This document shows, piece after piece, positions 35,697 through 42,882 of a stretch of 46,066 nt of DNA. The notes under the pieces are model-generated. The model was given only the letters and a program-made list of their open reading frames with translations, did not search any database and was not told where the DNA came from. Source of the DNA: a virus. Position 1 is the first letter of the stretch; every line of letters starts with the position of its first letter. The stretch lies in the IMG/VR virus record IMGVR_UViG_3300049927_000065, positions 1 to 46,066 of that record, one strand, 5' to 3'. The translations under genes and the position numbers were made by a program.

Positions 35697-36208
35697 ATCT
35701 TACATTCTGCCATGCAAATTGTATCATTACGGCCGCCTCCGTGGGCAACGAGTAAAATTTCCTTGATCGCGTATCCGCGGCCCTTTCCCATGCCCGCGCT
35801 ATTCCAACCGAAAGATAAGACAATCCCGCCAGGGACGATCAGCGCGTCGAGGGCATCGCGAACTCGCCGGTATAGAGCACCATTCTGCGTGCCCGCCATT
35901 CCAACCTCGCGCCCAACACTCTTATAAACTTCGCTGATCTGACGGGGGCTATATGGCGGATCGAACAATCCTAAATCGCATAGAAATCCCCGCCTTGCTA
36001 TCTCAAGCAGAAAATCTTCGGCGTCCATATGATACCGCGCGGCAGTGTTCGGGGCTAGATCGTTCGTGAAACTCGCCCACGTCTTATTCCGCGCAAATGG
36101 ATCGATACTCCTAGTCGCTTCGCTCATGTACCGCCGCACAAAATCTCCGATTGGTCGGACGGAGAAGGTTTCTGCATTCGGCATCGCGAACACGCGAGAA
36201 AATATCAT
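35693..36208 (-). CDS. DNA amino-methyltransferase (N6-A or N4-C; DPPY motif)
   Basis: SIDPFARN (motif I-like) followed by LFDPPY (motif IV). ATG 36208 has ATGGAGAAACTGAT upstream and an ATGA overlap with the exo-fragment stop. An alternative start exists at 36226. Confidence 0.75.
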   Translation of the reverse strand: MIFSRVFAMPNAETFSVRPIGDFVRRYMSEATRSIDPFARNKTWASFTNDLAPNTAARYHMDAEDFLLEIARRGFLCDLGLFDPPYSPRQISEVYKSVGREVGMAGTQNGALYRRVRDALDALIVPGGIVLSFGWNSAGMGKGRGYAIKEILLVAHGGGRNDTICMAECKI

Positions 36209-36663
36209 ATCAGTTTCTCCATCCATGACACCATCGTCATCGGTTTTGACAACGATAAGGTGAGCTTGCGGCCGATCTTGTCCTTCTGCTCATCCACGCC
36301 CAGCACCTGGGCGGCCATGTCGAGCGCCATCGGGGCGCCCGTGTAGGCGCAGCGGGCCATAGTACAATCCCACCGCTCGATCGGGACTGGCGGCATACCG
36401 AGCTGGCCGACCATGATAAAGTGCCAGATGGCTTGCTCGAACGCGGCGTTGTGCGCCTCAAAGATCACGTCGGGGTTCTCCGCGAGCCCGCGCAGCATGA
36501 TCAGGAGGTGGTCATTCTGCCCCGGTATCCAGACCCATACGTGTTCCCCGCGGACCCAGGCAAGACAGAGGATTTCCGTGGTGGGGTCTTCGGCATAGCG
36601 CCAGGCACCCGCCTCGGACAGGTCGCAGTTCGATGCTGTCTCGAAGTCAAGGCAAATTTTCAT
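36205..36663 (-). CDS. DNA polymerase I family A, N-terminal fragment (3'-5' exonuclease ExoI/ExoII)
   Basis: ExoI LDFET and ExoII EAHNAAFE. It ends just after the conserved KDKIGRKLTLSLSKP block. Confidence 0.85.
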   Translation of the reverse strand: MKICLDFETASNCDLSEAGAWRYAEDPTTEILCLAWVRGEHVWVWIPGQNDHLLIMLRGLAENPDVIFEAHNAAFEQAIWHFIMVGQLGMPPVPIERWDCTMARCAYTGAPMALDMAAQVLGVDEQKDKIGRKLTLSLSKPMTMVSWMEKLI

Positions 36664-36668
36664 TTGCT

Positions 36669-36848
36669 TCAGGCGCGCTTGACTGGACGGCCAACACCCC
36701 GTACCGCGCGGATCGCGCGTAAGGCGGCACCCGTGTACTTCTGTGCGCGCGGACGTTTCGGCGATTGGTTGGCCTTGCGCTCGAACAAATGCAGGCCAAC
36801 GTCCATCAGCGCGACCTTGAGCGGTACGCCTTGCTTGTTGAAGATCAT
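36669..36848 (-). CDS. Small basic protein (59 aa)
   Basis: AAGGGAGAACACAA-ATG at 36848. Lys/Arg-rich C-terminus. Confidence 0.5.
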   Translation of the reverse strand: MIFNKQGVPLKVALMDVGLHLFERKANQSPKRPRAQKYTGAALRAIRAVRGVGRPVKRA

Positions 36849-36866
36849 TTGTGTTCTCCCTTTTTC

Positions 36867-36980
36867 CCTTACGCCTGCCGGGGGCTTACCGGACTTGCAG
36901 GACCGCCACCCATGCGGGCAGCGGGTATCCACCGGAGGGCGACCTCTGCTATGTTGGACCCTCGACCCGGCAGGCGTAAG
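36867..36980 (-). repeat. 15-bp perfect inverted repeat closing an 84-nt insert (structured RNA or MITE-like element)
   Basis: CTTACGCCTGCCGGG (36869-36883) pairs with CCCGGCAGGCGTAAG (36966-36980). The flanking T/A runs extend the pairing. It sits in the 190-nt gap between the SSB gene and the next operon. Confidence 0.7.
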
Positions 36981-37017
36981 AAAAAAGTTGGCCGGCGCTT
37001 CCCCAGCCTGGGGCGCT
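36981..37017 (-). terminator. Possible intrinsic terminator after the SSB gene
   Basis: Minus strand: GCG-CCCCA-GGC-TGGGG-(AAG)-CGC, then CGGCCAAC and TTTTTT. The stem is imperfect and the T-run is distal. Confidence 0.3.
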
Positions 37018-37037
37018 ATTTCAGCCCGTGTCTCAGG

Positions 37038-37709
37038 TCAGACGAGGCCGTGTACCGGGGCACCAGCAGTCGGGCTGATGTTTGAAACATGACCCGTGTA
37101 CCGCGCAAAGCTGTCGGGACTTCCGTACCGTTCCTCGGGGTCCATGCCCCCAGCAATCCGGTCGCCCGTGTTCAGCGACAGCACTTCGTTGAGGTAGGCC
37201 GAAACGCCCCCGCCCATGCCCTCATAGCCCTGAATATGAAAGGTGCCGATCGCAAGCACGCCGCTGTAAAAGAATTTGGCGGCAAGCTGGCGCGGTGCGT
37301 CCGTCGTATCGTAGTTGACGAACTTCCCGTTGAGCAACACCACAAGGCGCGGCGGGATCAACAGCGATCCGTCGAGCTTCTTGACGTTGCACTTCGCCTT
37401 GAACAGGATTTTCCCGCGCGCCCATTCGCGATCCTTTTTCAACGCGACCGCCTGATTGGCGATCACGTCGCCATCCAGCACGGGGTAGGGATTGGCCGCG
37501 TGTACCTCGGGGCAGTTCTCCCGCAGCATTTGACGAAGCGGTTCCCAATCCGGGTGAGCGGCGGTGAGAAGCCAAGTCGCCTCGTAGGCGGCCTTGAACG
37601 GCGCTCGCGGGTCTTTCGGGTTAGGGCGTTCGGGGCGGGGTTCTACGACCGCCGACCACACCATCGGCGCGGGGACGGACATCTGAAAATTCTGTTTGTC
37701 ATTGGCCAT
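37038..37709 (-). CDS. ssDNA-binding protein, T7 gp2.5-like (DUF2815)
   Basis: VLDGD, FYSGVLAIGTF and GGGVSAYLNEVLSLNTGDRIAGG match the DUF2815 pattern. AAAGGAAACTCATCA-ATG. Sits next to DUF2800 and PolA as in known modules. Confidence 0.75.
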   Translation of the reverse strand: MANDKQNFQMSVPAPMVWSAVVEPRPERPNPKDPRAPFKAAYEATWLLTAAHPDWEPLRQMLRENCPEVHAANPYPVLDGDVIANQAVALKKDREWARGKILFKAKCNVKKLDGSLLIPPRLVVLLNGKFVNYDTTDAPRQLAAKFFYSGVLAIGTFHIQGYEGMGGGVSAYLNEVLSLNTGDRIAGGMDPEERYGSPDSFARYTGHVSNISPTAGAPVHGLV

Positions 37710-37798
37710 TGATGAGTTTCCTTTGGGTCTAAAGTGGGACGCATTGTCCGGGGCGCTCCAGCCCGGTCTATCGCAGTACACACATGTTGTCTCACGTG

Positions 37799-39148
37799 TC
37801 AGATGGGCGCGTCAACATATTTCTCCGGCGGGCCGTATTTCTCCTCGTTGGTTTTCGGGATGACTGGCTTGCGCCGGTCGTCAAGCTGCGCCACGGCGTA
37901 GCCGTTGTCGACCGTGTAACACCATTCGGCCGTGGCGAGCTTGCCCTCCGGCAAGGTCTCCACCCCGGCGGGGGAAAGCATCTTAGGAGGCGGATACAGT
38001 TGCTCCCGAGTGTAGCGTGTAAGCAACGCAGCCTCGGCACCGTCCTTCCACTCCCGGCTCGATTTCGCCATAACGATCTTGCTCCCCGGAACGTCTATCC
38101 CAGCGAGGATGCGGCGCCGATAAACTTCTTTCTCGATCGCCGCGAGACGCATCTTGACGAAGGGAACCAGCGCATAGTCTCGGCCGAGAATGTCGGCGTC
38201 CATGAGACCAAGTTCGGGAACCACTTCCCCGGAGAACGCACGGAACGCCTGGCTCATGGCCGGACAAACCAGCTTGGCGGGGCAAAACCGGCACCACTCG
38301 CCCATCTGAAGATGCATGTCCCGCGCCTCGATCGCCATCCCCGGCAGCAGCACCTCGTAGAGCCACTGCTTGAGGGCACCGACTGTCGTTACCCATGTCC
38401 GCACGGGATCAGCCCAAACGATGCGAGGCTGCACGATGCTCAACTCAACCTCGTCTTCGTCGCCGTAATAACTCGGGTCTTCCATAACCGCCATGCATGC
38501 ATAGTATTTGAGCTGATCATTCTCCTCGGCCTCGACAAAGATGCCCTCCCCGTGCTTGTAGTCGACCACTCGTAGCCGGATGCGGCCCGCAACAGGATCG
38601 AGCACGGCGTCGAGCGTCGAGAACATGTGCGGGCTAAGTTCGGGCAGATGCAGCTTCACCTCAACCCGACGCCGGCCAGACAGCGACCGGACGTAATCGA
38701 GGTAGACCTGCACAGACATGGCGGCGATCGGATTGAGCTGCGGATACTCATGTACTAGTTCCCATGCGTCCACGTTCGCGTCTAGCGCGCGAGCGCCCAG
38801 CTCATGAGCCTGCACACCATCACGCCGCCAGTCGGGATCGTCCCCCTCAACGCCGTCAGGGACCATCTTCTTGACAAGATCGATCAGCGCGGTCGAGCCT
38901 GTGCAGTTGAGGAAGCGGTGCGCGGCGCTGCCGCCCATCTTACTGTGCGCCGGCAGCTCAGGAGTCGCATTCTCCGTCTGCGGCGCAGACACGGGAGAAG
39001 CAACGATCTCCGGCAATCCAGCAATAGGTGCCGCTTCGGTCATCATGTAGTTCTCCTTCGGCACATTCTCCGGGCGCTGGCACTTCCGACACACCCGCTC
39101 GCCCTTCGGCTCGCCCTTCGGGTAGCTGCACTTCAAGCAGTTGCTCAT
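37799..39148 (-). CDS. PD-(D/E)xK nuclease, DUF2800/Cas4-like, with N-terminal zinc ribbon
   Basis: GGSAAHRFLNCTGS, VVDYKHGEGIFVEAEENDQLKYYA and CRFCPAKLVCPA match DUF2800. N-terminal CLKC...CRKC. GGAGGAAGAA-ATG at 39148. GC3 is 90% in this frame over 39061-39120. Confidence 0.8.
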   Translation of the reverse strand: MSNCLKCSYPKGEPKGERVCRKCQRPENVPKENYMMTEAAPIAGLPEIVASPVSAPQTENATPELPAHSKMGGSAAHRFLNCTGSTALIDLVKKMVPDGVEGDDPDWRRDGVQAHELGARALDANVDAWELVHEYPQLNPIAAMSVQVYLDYVRSLSGRRRVEVKLHLPELSPHMFSTLDAVLDPVAGRIRLRVVDYKHGEGIFVEAEENDQLKYYACMAVMEDPSYYGDEDEVELSIVQPRIVWADPVRTWVTTVGALKQWLYEVLLPGMAIEARDMHLQMGEWCRFCPAKLVCPAMSQAFRAFSGEVVPELGLMDADILGRDYALVPFVKMRLAAIEKEVYRRRILAGIDVPGSKIVMAKSSREWKDGAEAALLTRYTREQLYPPPKMLSPAGVETLPEGKLATAEWCYTVDNGYAVAQLDDRRKPVIPKTNEEKYGPPEKYVDAPI

Positions 39149-40022
39149 TTCTTCCTCCATTTATGTCGCCCGGTTCCATGGCCGCGATGGCGGCAGCGTC
39201 GACGATCGCAGGCGGCGCGGCAGCCGCCAGTTTGGCGAGGATCTGAGCGTCAGTCATGCTCTTCTGAGCCTGTGCTTCCGCGGCAAACCTGATGACGCAC
39301 CGCGATGCCCGCTGTTTCTTCGGGAAATCCTCGGTTGCGAAAAAGGGCCGGTACTCGTCGGTATCGAGCCACGGATATCGCTCGACGATCTTCGCGTAGC
39401 TCGCTGTTTCCCGGATCGCCTGATAGAACGTTTCCGCTTCGGCGGTGATCTGTGCCCGCCGTTCGCGGTGCCACATGACGAGCGCATACACGGCCTCGAA
39501 ATCGTCGTCAGCTTCCCGGACATAGCACTCGTAATAGAGCGCCCGATCTTCCTCTTTCTGCCCGGCATAAAGGTAGGCGGTGCCCGGCATCATGATCGGC
39601 GATTTGAATTCGACGCCGAAGGTTTGATCGTAGCATTTAGTCCGGCGATCGTACACCCGGAGATTGGCGCCCCCGATCGGAGCGGCATAGTGATACTTGC
39701 TCATGATCGCCATATCGGCCTGTATCTCGGGAGCGCCCCACTCGGCACGCAAGCGCTTGTCGGCGGCGGCGACCAGTATGGCGACGTTGGTATCATATTC
39801 GGCCTTCATCATGGCCTCGCCGCGCTTCCGGTTGATTTGCTGTAACTCGATCCGCAGCCGGCGGTCCAGCTTGATACCCCGGGGAATGCTCATTTCTTCC
39901 TCCATTACCTCGGCCATCGTGCGATGGCCCGTGAATGCCCAACTTTCTCCGGGGTGGACGACCCTGGCAACCGCCGTGCCGGCAACCGGGATTGTCGCAG
40001 CCGGCGCAGTAGCCGGGGCCAT
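38958..40022 (-). CDS. Hypothetical replication-module protein (311-354 aa)
   Basis: Long ORF. The best start is ATG 39893 (GGAGGAAGAA-ATG), with ATG 40022 also possible. The last 191 nt overlap the nuclease gene out of frame. Confidence 0.6.
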   Translation of the reverse strand: MAPATAPAATIPVAGTAVARVVHPGESWAFTGHRTMAEVMEEEMSIPRGIKLDRRLRIELQQINRKRGEAMMKAEYDTNVAILVAAADKRLRAEWGAPEIQADMAIMSKYHYAAPIGGANLRVYDRRTKCYDQTFGVEFKSPIMMPGTAYLYAGQKEEDRALYYECYVREADDDFEAVYALVMWHRERRAQITAEAETFYQAIRETASYAKIVERYPWLDTDEYRPFFATEDFPKKQRASRCVIRFAAEAQAQKSMTDAQILAKLAAAAPPAIVDAAAIAAMEPGDINGGRNEQLLEVQLPEGRAEGRAGVSEVPAPGECAEGELHDDRSGTYCWIAGDRCFSRVCAADGECDS

Positions 40023-40031
40023 TATCCACGA

Positions 40032-40664
40032 TCACAGGGCTGCGAGCTGCATGAGGAACGCCGCCCGCTTCGCCGCGGGGATAGCCTGCACCTTGGCCGG
40101 TGGCGGCACAAACGTAGCGACGAGCGCATGTAGCGCGACCGGCACCTGCTGGCGAGCCATGTCATCAGCCGCCGCGTTCAGCATGTGGGCGTTCTTCGAG
40201 GAAATCGCCTCGACCATCTGCGCGTCGGTGATTTCAGTATCCACCGGGGCATCGGCAGGGTTTATAGCCGCCCCCATGATGTCTCTTGGCGCCCCGATCT
40301 TTTGCCCCACGGTCGGGCCAGACCAGGCTGCGTTGATCGGCTGGGCAGTTAAAGTCTCAGCAGGTTTCAACAACGAAGGCCCGCTGACCGCCGCCAAAAC
40401 CTCGATCTGCGCTTCGTCACTGGGTTGCGCTGGCTGACTGAGAACGGGCTGCTTCTTCACATTCGCTTTGCCCCCGGTCGCATCGGCGACCATCGCCAAC
40501 GCACGGGCAACCGCTTCGTTGGCCACGGCGCGGACGCGCTCGTAAACCGCCTCCGTTGGCGCCCCCTCGGGGAGAACGAAGGTCAGGCTCACAGTAGCCT
40601 GCTTGTGCTGGTAGTCGCCGGTCGTTATCCGGCGCTCGAACGTGATAGTGCCATTCGTAATCAT
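40032..40664 (-). CDS. Hypothetical protein (210 aa)
   Basis: GGATGGAGAACCAGC-ATG at 40664. No motif recognised. Confidence 0.6.
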   Translation of the reverse strand: MITNGTITFERRITTGDYQHKQATVSLTFVLPEGAPTEAVYERVRAVANEAVARALAMVADATGGKANVKKQPVLSQPAQPSDEAQIEVLAAVSGPSLLKPAETLTAQPINAAWSGPTVGQKIGAPRDIMGAAINPADAPVDTEITDAQMVEAISSKNAHMLNAAADDMARQQVPVALHALVATFVPPPAKVQAIPAAKRAAFLMQLAAL

Positions 40665-40864
40665 GCTGGTTCTCCATCCGCTCCAGAACTCAACCACACT
40701 TCCTTTAGCGTTTCCAAATCGACGACTTCCGCCCATTCGTTGGGATACGCCATGACCCGCTGGGCAGATTCGATTGCGCTGTCGCGATCGTCAAAAGCGT
40801 CTCGAAAATCCCGCCACCCTCCGTTCATGTTGCCATTCCCAGCAAACACAAGATACCGTTTCAC
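40661..40864 (-). CDS. Hypothetical protein (67 aa)
   Basis: GGAGGATAGC-GTG at 40864, with a GTGA overlap onto the SNF2 stop. Confidence 0.5.
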   Translation of the reverse strand: MKRYLVFAGNGNMNGGWRDFRDAFDDRDSAIESAQRVMAYPNEWAEVVDLETLKEVWLSSGADGEPA

Positions 40865-42528
40865 GCTATCCTCCGATCCAAGCTGTTGTGCGTCACATGC
40901 CCCTTCCGTAGCGCGGAAGCAAGTACCTTCTCCGCGATCGACCCGGCGGCAACGCATATGTCGCCGAGCACCTTCATCTTCTGGCCGCCTCTATCGAGGC
41001 GATCAAAACATTGCTGGTTGTTCCCGTTTACCCAATCGGGTTCCCCGAGCACCGCGTGCCAGCACACGTCTTGCAACCCGTCCGTCCCCGTGCCGAGCGA
41101 CAGCACGTTCCCCATGATGACGCGGTATCGAGGGTCCGTGCGGAACCGTTGGATAAGTGCGTGCTTTACCACAGGCGTGATGCTGCCGTCAACCCTACAC
41201 ACGCCGTACTTCCCAAGGATGCTCTGATAGATCGTGCCGACGCTAATGTGCCAATAGAACAAGGTGATCTTTTCCTCGCCGCCGTCGAGCAGCAGCTTCA
41301 CATATTGGGCAACCTGGGGCGCCATCGCCTCGCCCATGATCCGGCGGGCCTCGGCGATATGACCGAACACCATGGCATTGGCGCCCTCAAGATGCTCCGG
41401 GTCGATCCCGAGCAGGCTTTCGGCCTTGAGCGCGGCCCGGACTGCTTCGGTTTCCTCAAGGCGCACCAGGTCAAACGAGGGGTATTTCAAATCCTTCATC
41501 ACCTCGCGCTTGAGGTGGCGGGTCATGAAGTTGGCGCGCAGCCGATTTTGCAACTCGGCGTGCCGGCCGCTGCGCTCGTCATTGACGATGGCCGTTGACC
41601 CGTCTTTCCGTGTAACCTCGATTTGCCGAATAGGGTTGAACCGCTCGTTGAAGCGGTCCTCGCTCAGCCAGTCGAGCGCGGCGTGGTCAAAGTGGCGACC
41701 AAGGACATACGCCTCGCGGGGACGGTTTGGCAAAGGAGTGCCCGTAAGGGCAACGATCCGTTTCGCGTTCTCTGCCAAAGCCTCATGGTAAAGAACGTCA
41801 TGTCCGCCGCCGAAAACGGCTCTTGTGCGTTTTGCGCCAATAGTCTTGAGATAGTGCGCTTCGTCCAAAATGAGAAGGTCATAGTTCGATTGCCTCAAAC
41901 CGGCGAGAATGCCGGGGTTGCGCGCCAGCTCGTAGCTCGCGACGGTCCATGCGGCTGTCGGGTGGACGCCGCGCTTGCCGGAGACGACCGCGTAGGCCAT
42001 CTGGTTCGGAGTGTAGTAGGTGCCGTTGTGGCCGTCGCCCATTGTCGACCACTCGGCGATCTTGGACAGCCATTGCAGCCGGATCGACGCCGGCACGATG
42101 ACGAGCACACGCTGCGCTTCGATCTCGTTGGCGTAGACGATCGCGGTCGGTGTCTTGCCGAGCCCCGGTTCATCCGCGTCGAGTACGCGCTCGCGCGAGA
42201 GCATGTAATCAAGGTCAGCCTTCTGGAAATCCCAAAGCTCTTTGTCGGGGGGCACCGAGAAATGGCGACCGCTCGTCGCGGCGCGGCTGGCAGCGATCTC
42301 CCGAACGATCCAACCAAGCTCAGCCTGCGCACCGGGGGTCGCGACATGAGCAAAGGTCGCCGCGGCATAGGGCTGCGGGGTGAACAGCACGGCCGTCTTG
42401 GCGGTGCTGTCCGGCAGGGAAAGCTCGAACCCATAGTCCTCCATCGCGGACTGCGCGGTCAGCTCATCCCGTTGCCGATCAAGCGACAGAATGAACAGCT
42501 TGGTTGCTGGGTTATAGTCGAGCTGCAT
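40861..42528 (-). CDS. SNF2-family helicase
   Basis: Motif I DEPGLGKT, motif II LILDEAHYLK, motif III LTGTPLPN. The C-terminal helicase lobe is present. ATG 42528 follows the upstream stop (TAGAATG). Confidence 0.85.
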   Translation of the reverse strand: MQLDYNPATKLFILSLDRQRDELTAQSAMEDYGFELSLPDSTAKTAVLFTPQPYAAATFAHVATPGAQAELGWIVREIAASRAATSGRHFSVPPDKELWDFQKADLDYMLSRERVLDADEPGLGKTPTAIVYANEIEAQRVLVIVPASIRLQWLSKIAEWSTMGDGHNGTYYTPNQMAYAVVSGKRGVHPTAAWTVASYELARNPGILAGLRQSNYDLLILDEAHYLKTIGAKRTRAVFGGGHDVLYHEALAENAKRIVALTGTPLPNRPREAYVLGRHFDHAALDWLSEDRFNERFNPIRQIEVTRKDGSTAIVNDERSGRHAELQNRLRANFMTRHLKREVMKDLKYPSFDLVRLEETEAVRAALKAESLLGIDPEHLEGANAMVFGHIAEARRIMGEAMAPQVAQYVKLLLDGGEEKITLFYWHISVGTIYQSILGKYGVCRVDGSITPVVKHALIQRFRTDPRYRVIMGNVLSLGTGTDGLQDVCWHAVLGEPDWVNGNNQQCFDRLDRGGQKMKVLGDICVAAGSIAEKVLASALRKGHVTHNSLDRRIA

Positions 42529-42529
42529 T

Positions 42530-42754
42530 CTACGTGAGGGGCGGCCCAATCGGGAGGATATACAGCCCCCCGATCGGGAGGATATACAGGTCTTGAACCG
42601 CGACGGTGCACACTGTGCCATCCTCAAGCTGGACCCACGCATAGCTCATTAGATCGGCGCAGCGCCGCAAATAACGAGCTTCGATCCGACCGCCCAAACT
42701 TTCCACGATGCAGTCGGCGGAATAGGGGCGGGGCTTTGGTTTACGTCCGGTCAT
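42530..42754 (-). CDS. Hypothetical small protein (74 aa)
   Basis: Strong AAGGAGG 8 nt upstream of ATG 42754. The C-terminus carries the duplicated LYILPIG peptide encoded by a 17-bp direct repeat. Confidence 0.55.
   Translation of the reverse strand: MTGRKPKPRPYSADCIVESLGGRIEARYLRRCADLMSYAWVQLEDGTVCTVAVQDLYILPIGGLYILPIGPPLT
42549..42588. repeat. 17-bp direct repeat ATCGGGAGGATATACAG x2
   Basis: Two exact copies 23 bp apart, immediately upstream of the SNF2 start on the minus strand. Confidence 0.85.
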
Positions 42755-42827
42755 CGTTCACGCCTCCTTGCATGGTCGCGGCCATATACAGGAGGTACCC
42801 ACGGGAGGTCAAGGGGAAAACCTCTTA

Positions 42828-42857
42828 TTGACAAATCCTTGTATCCGTGCTCATAAA
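42828..42857 (+). promoter_or_regulatory. Sigma70-like promoter candidate for the primase gene
   Basis: TTGACA (42828-42833), an 18-nt spacer, then CATAAA (42852-42857). It lies in the divergent intergenic region. Confidence 0.35.
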
Positions 42858-42882
42858 GGGGGCTTCCCATTCAGGAGGGCGG

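Noticed and set aside
36867-36980. The inverted-repeat element as a tRNA or tmRNA-like gene.
   Set aside because: The 15-bp closing stem is far longer than an acceptor stem, and there are no T-loop or D-loop consensus sequences. It is kept as an unclassified structured element.
38958-39160. A programmed frameshift fusing ORF 38958..40022 to the DUF2800 nuclease.
   Set aside because: The nuclease frame is +1 (or -2) relative to the upstream frame. I saw no slippery heptamer, and the nuclease has its own strong SD and ATG.
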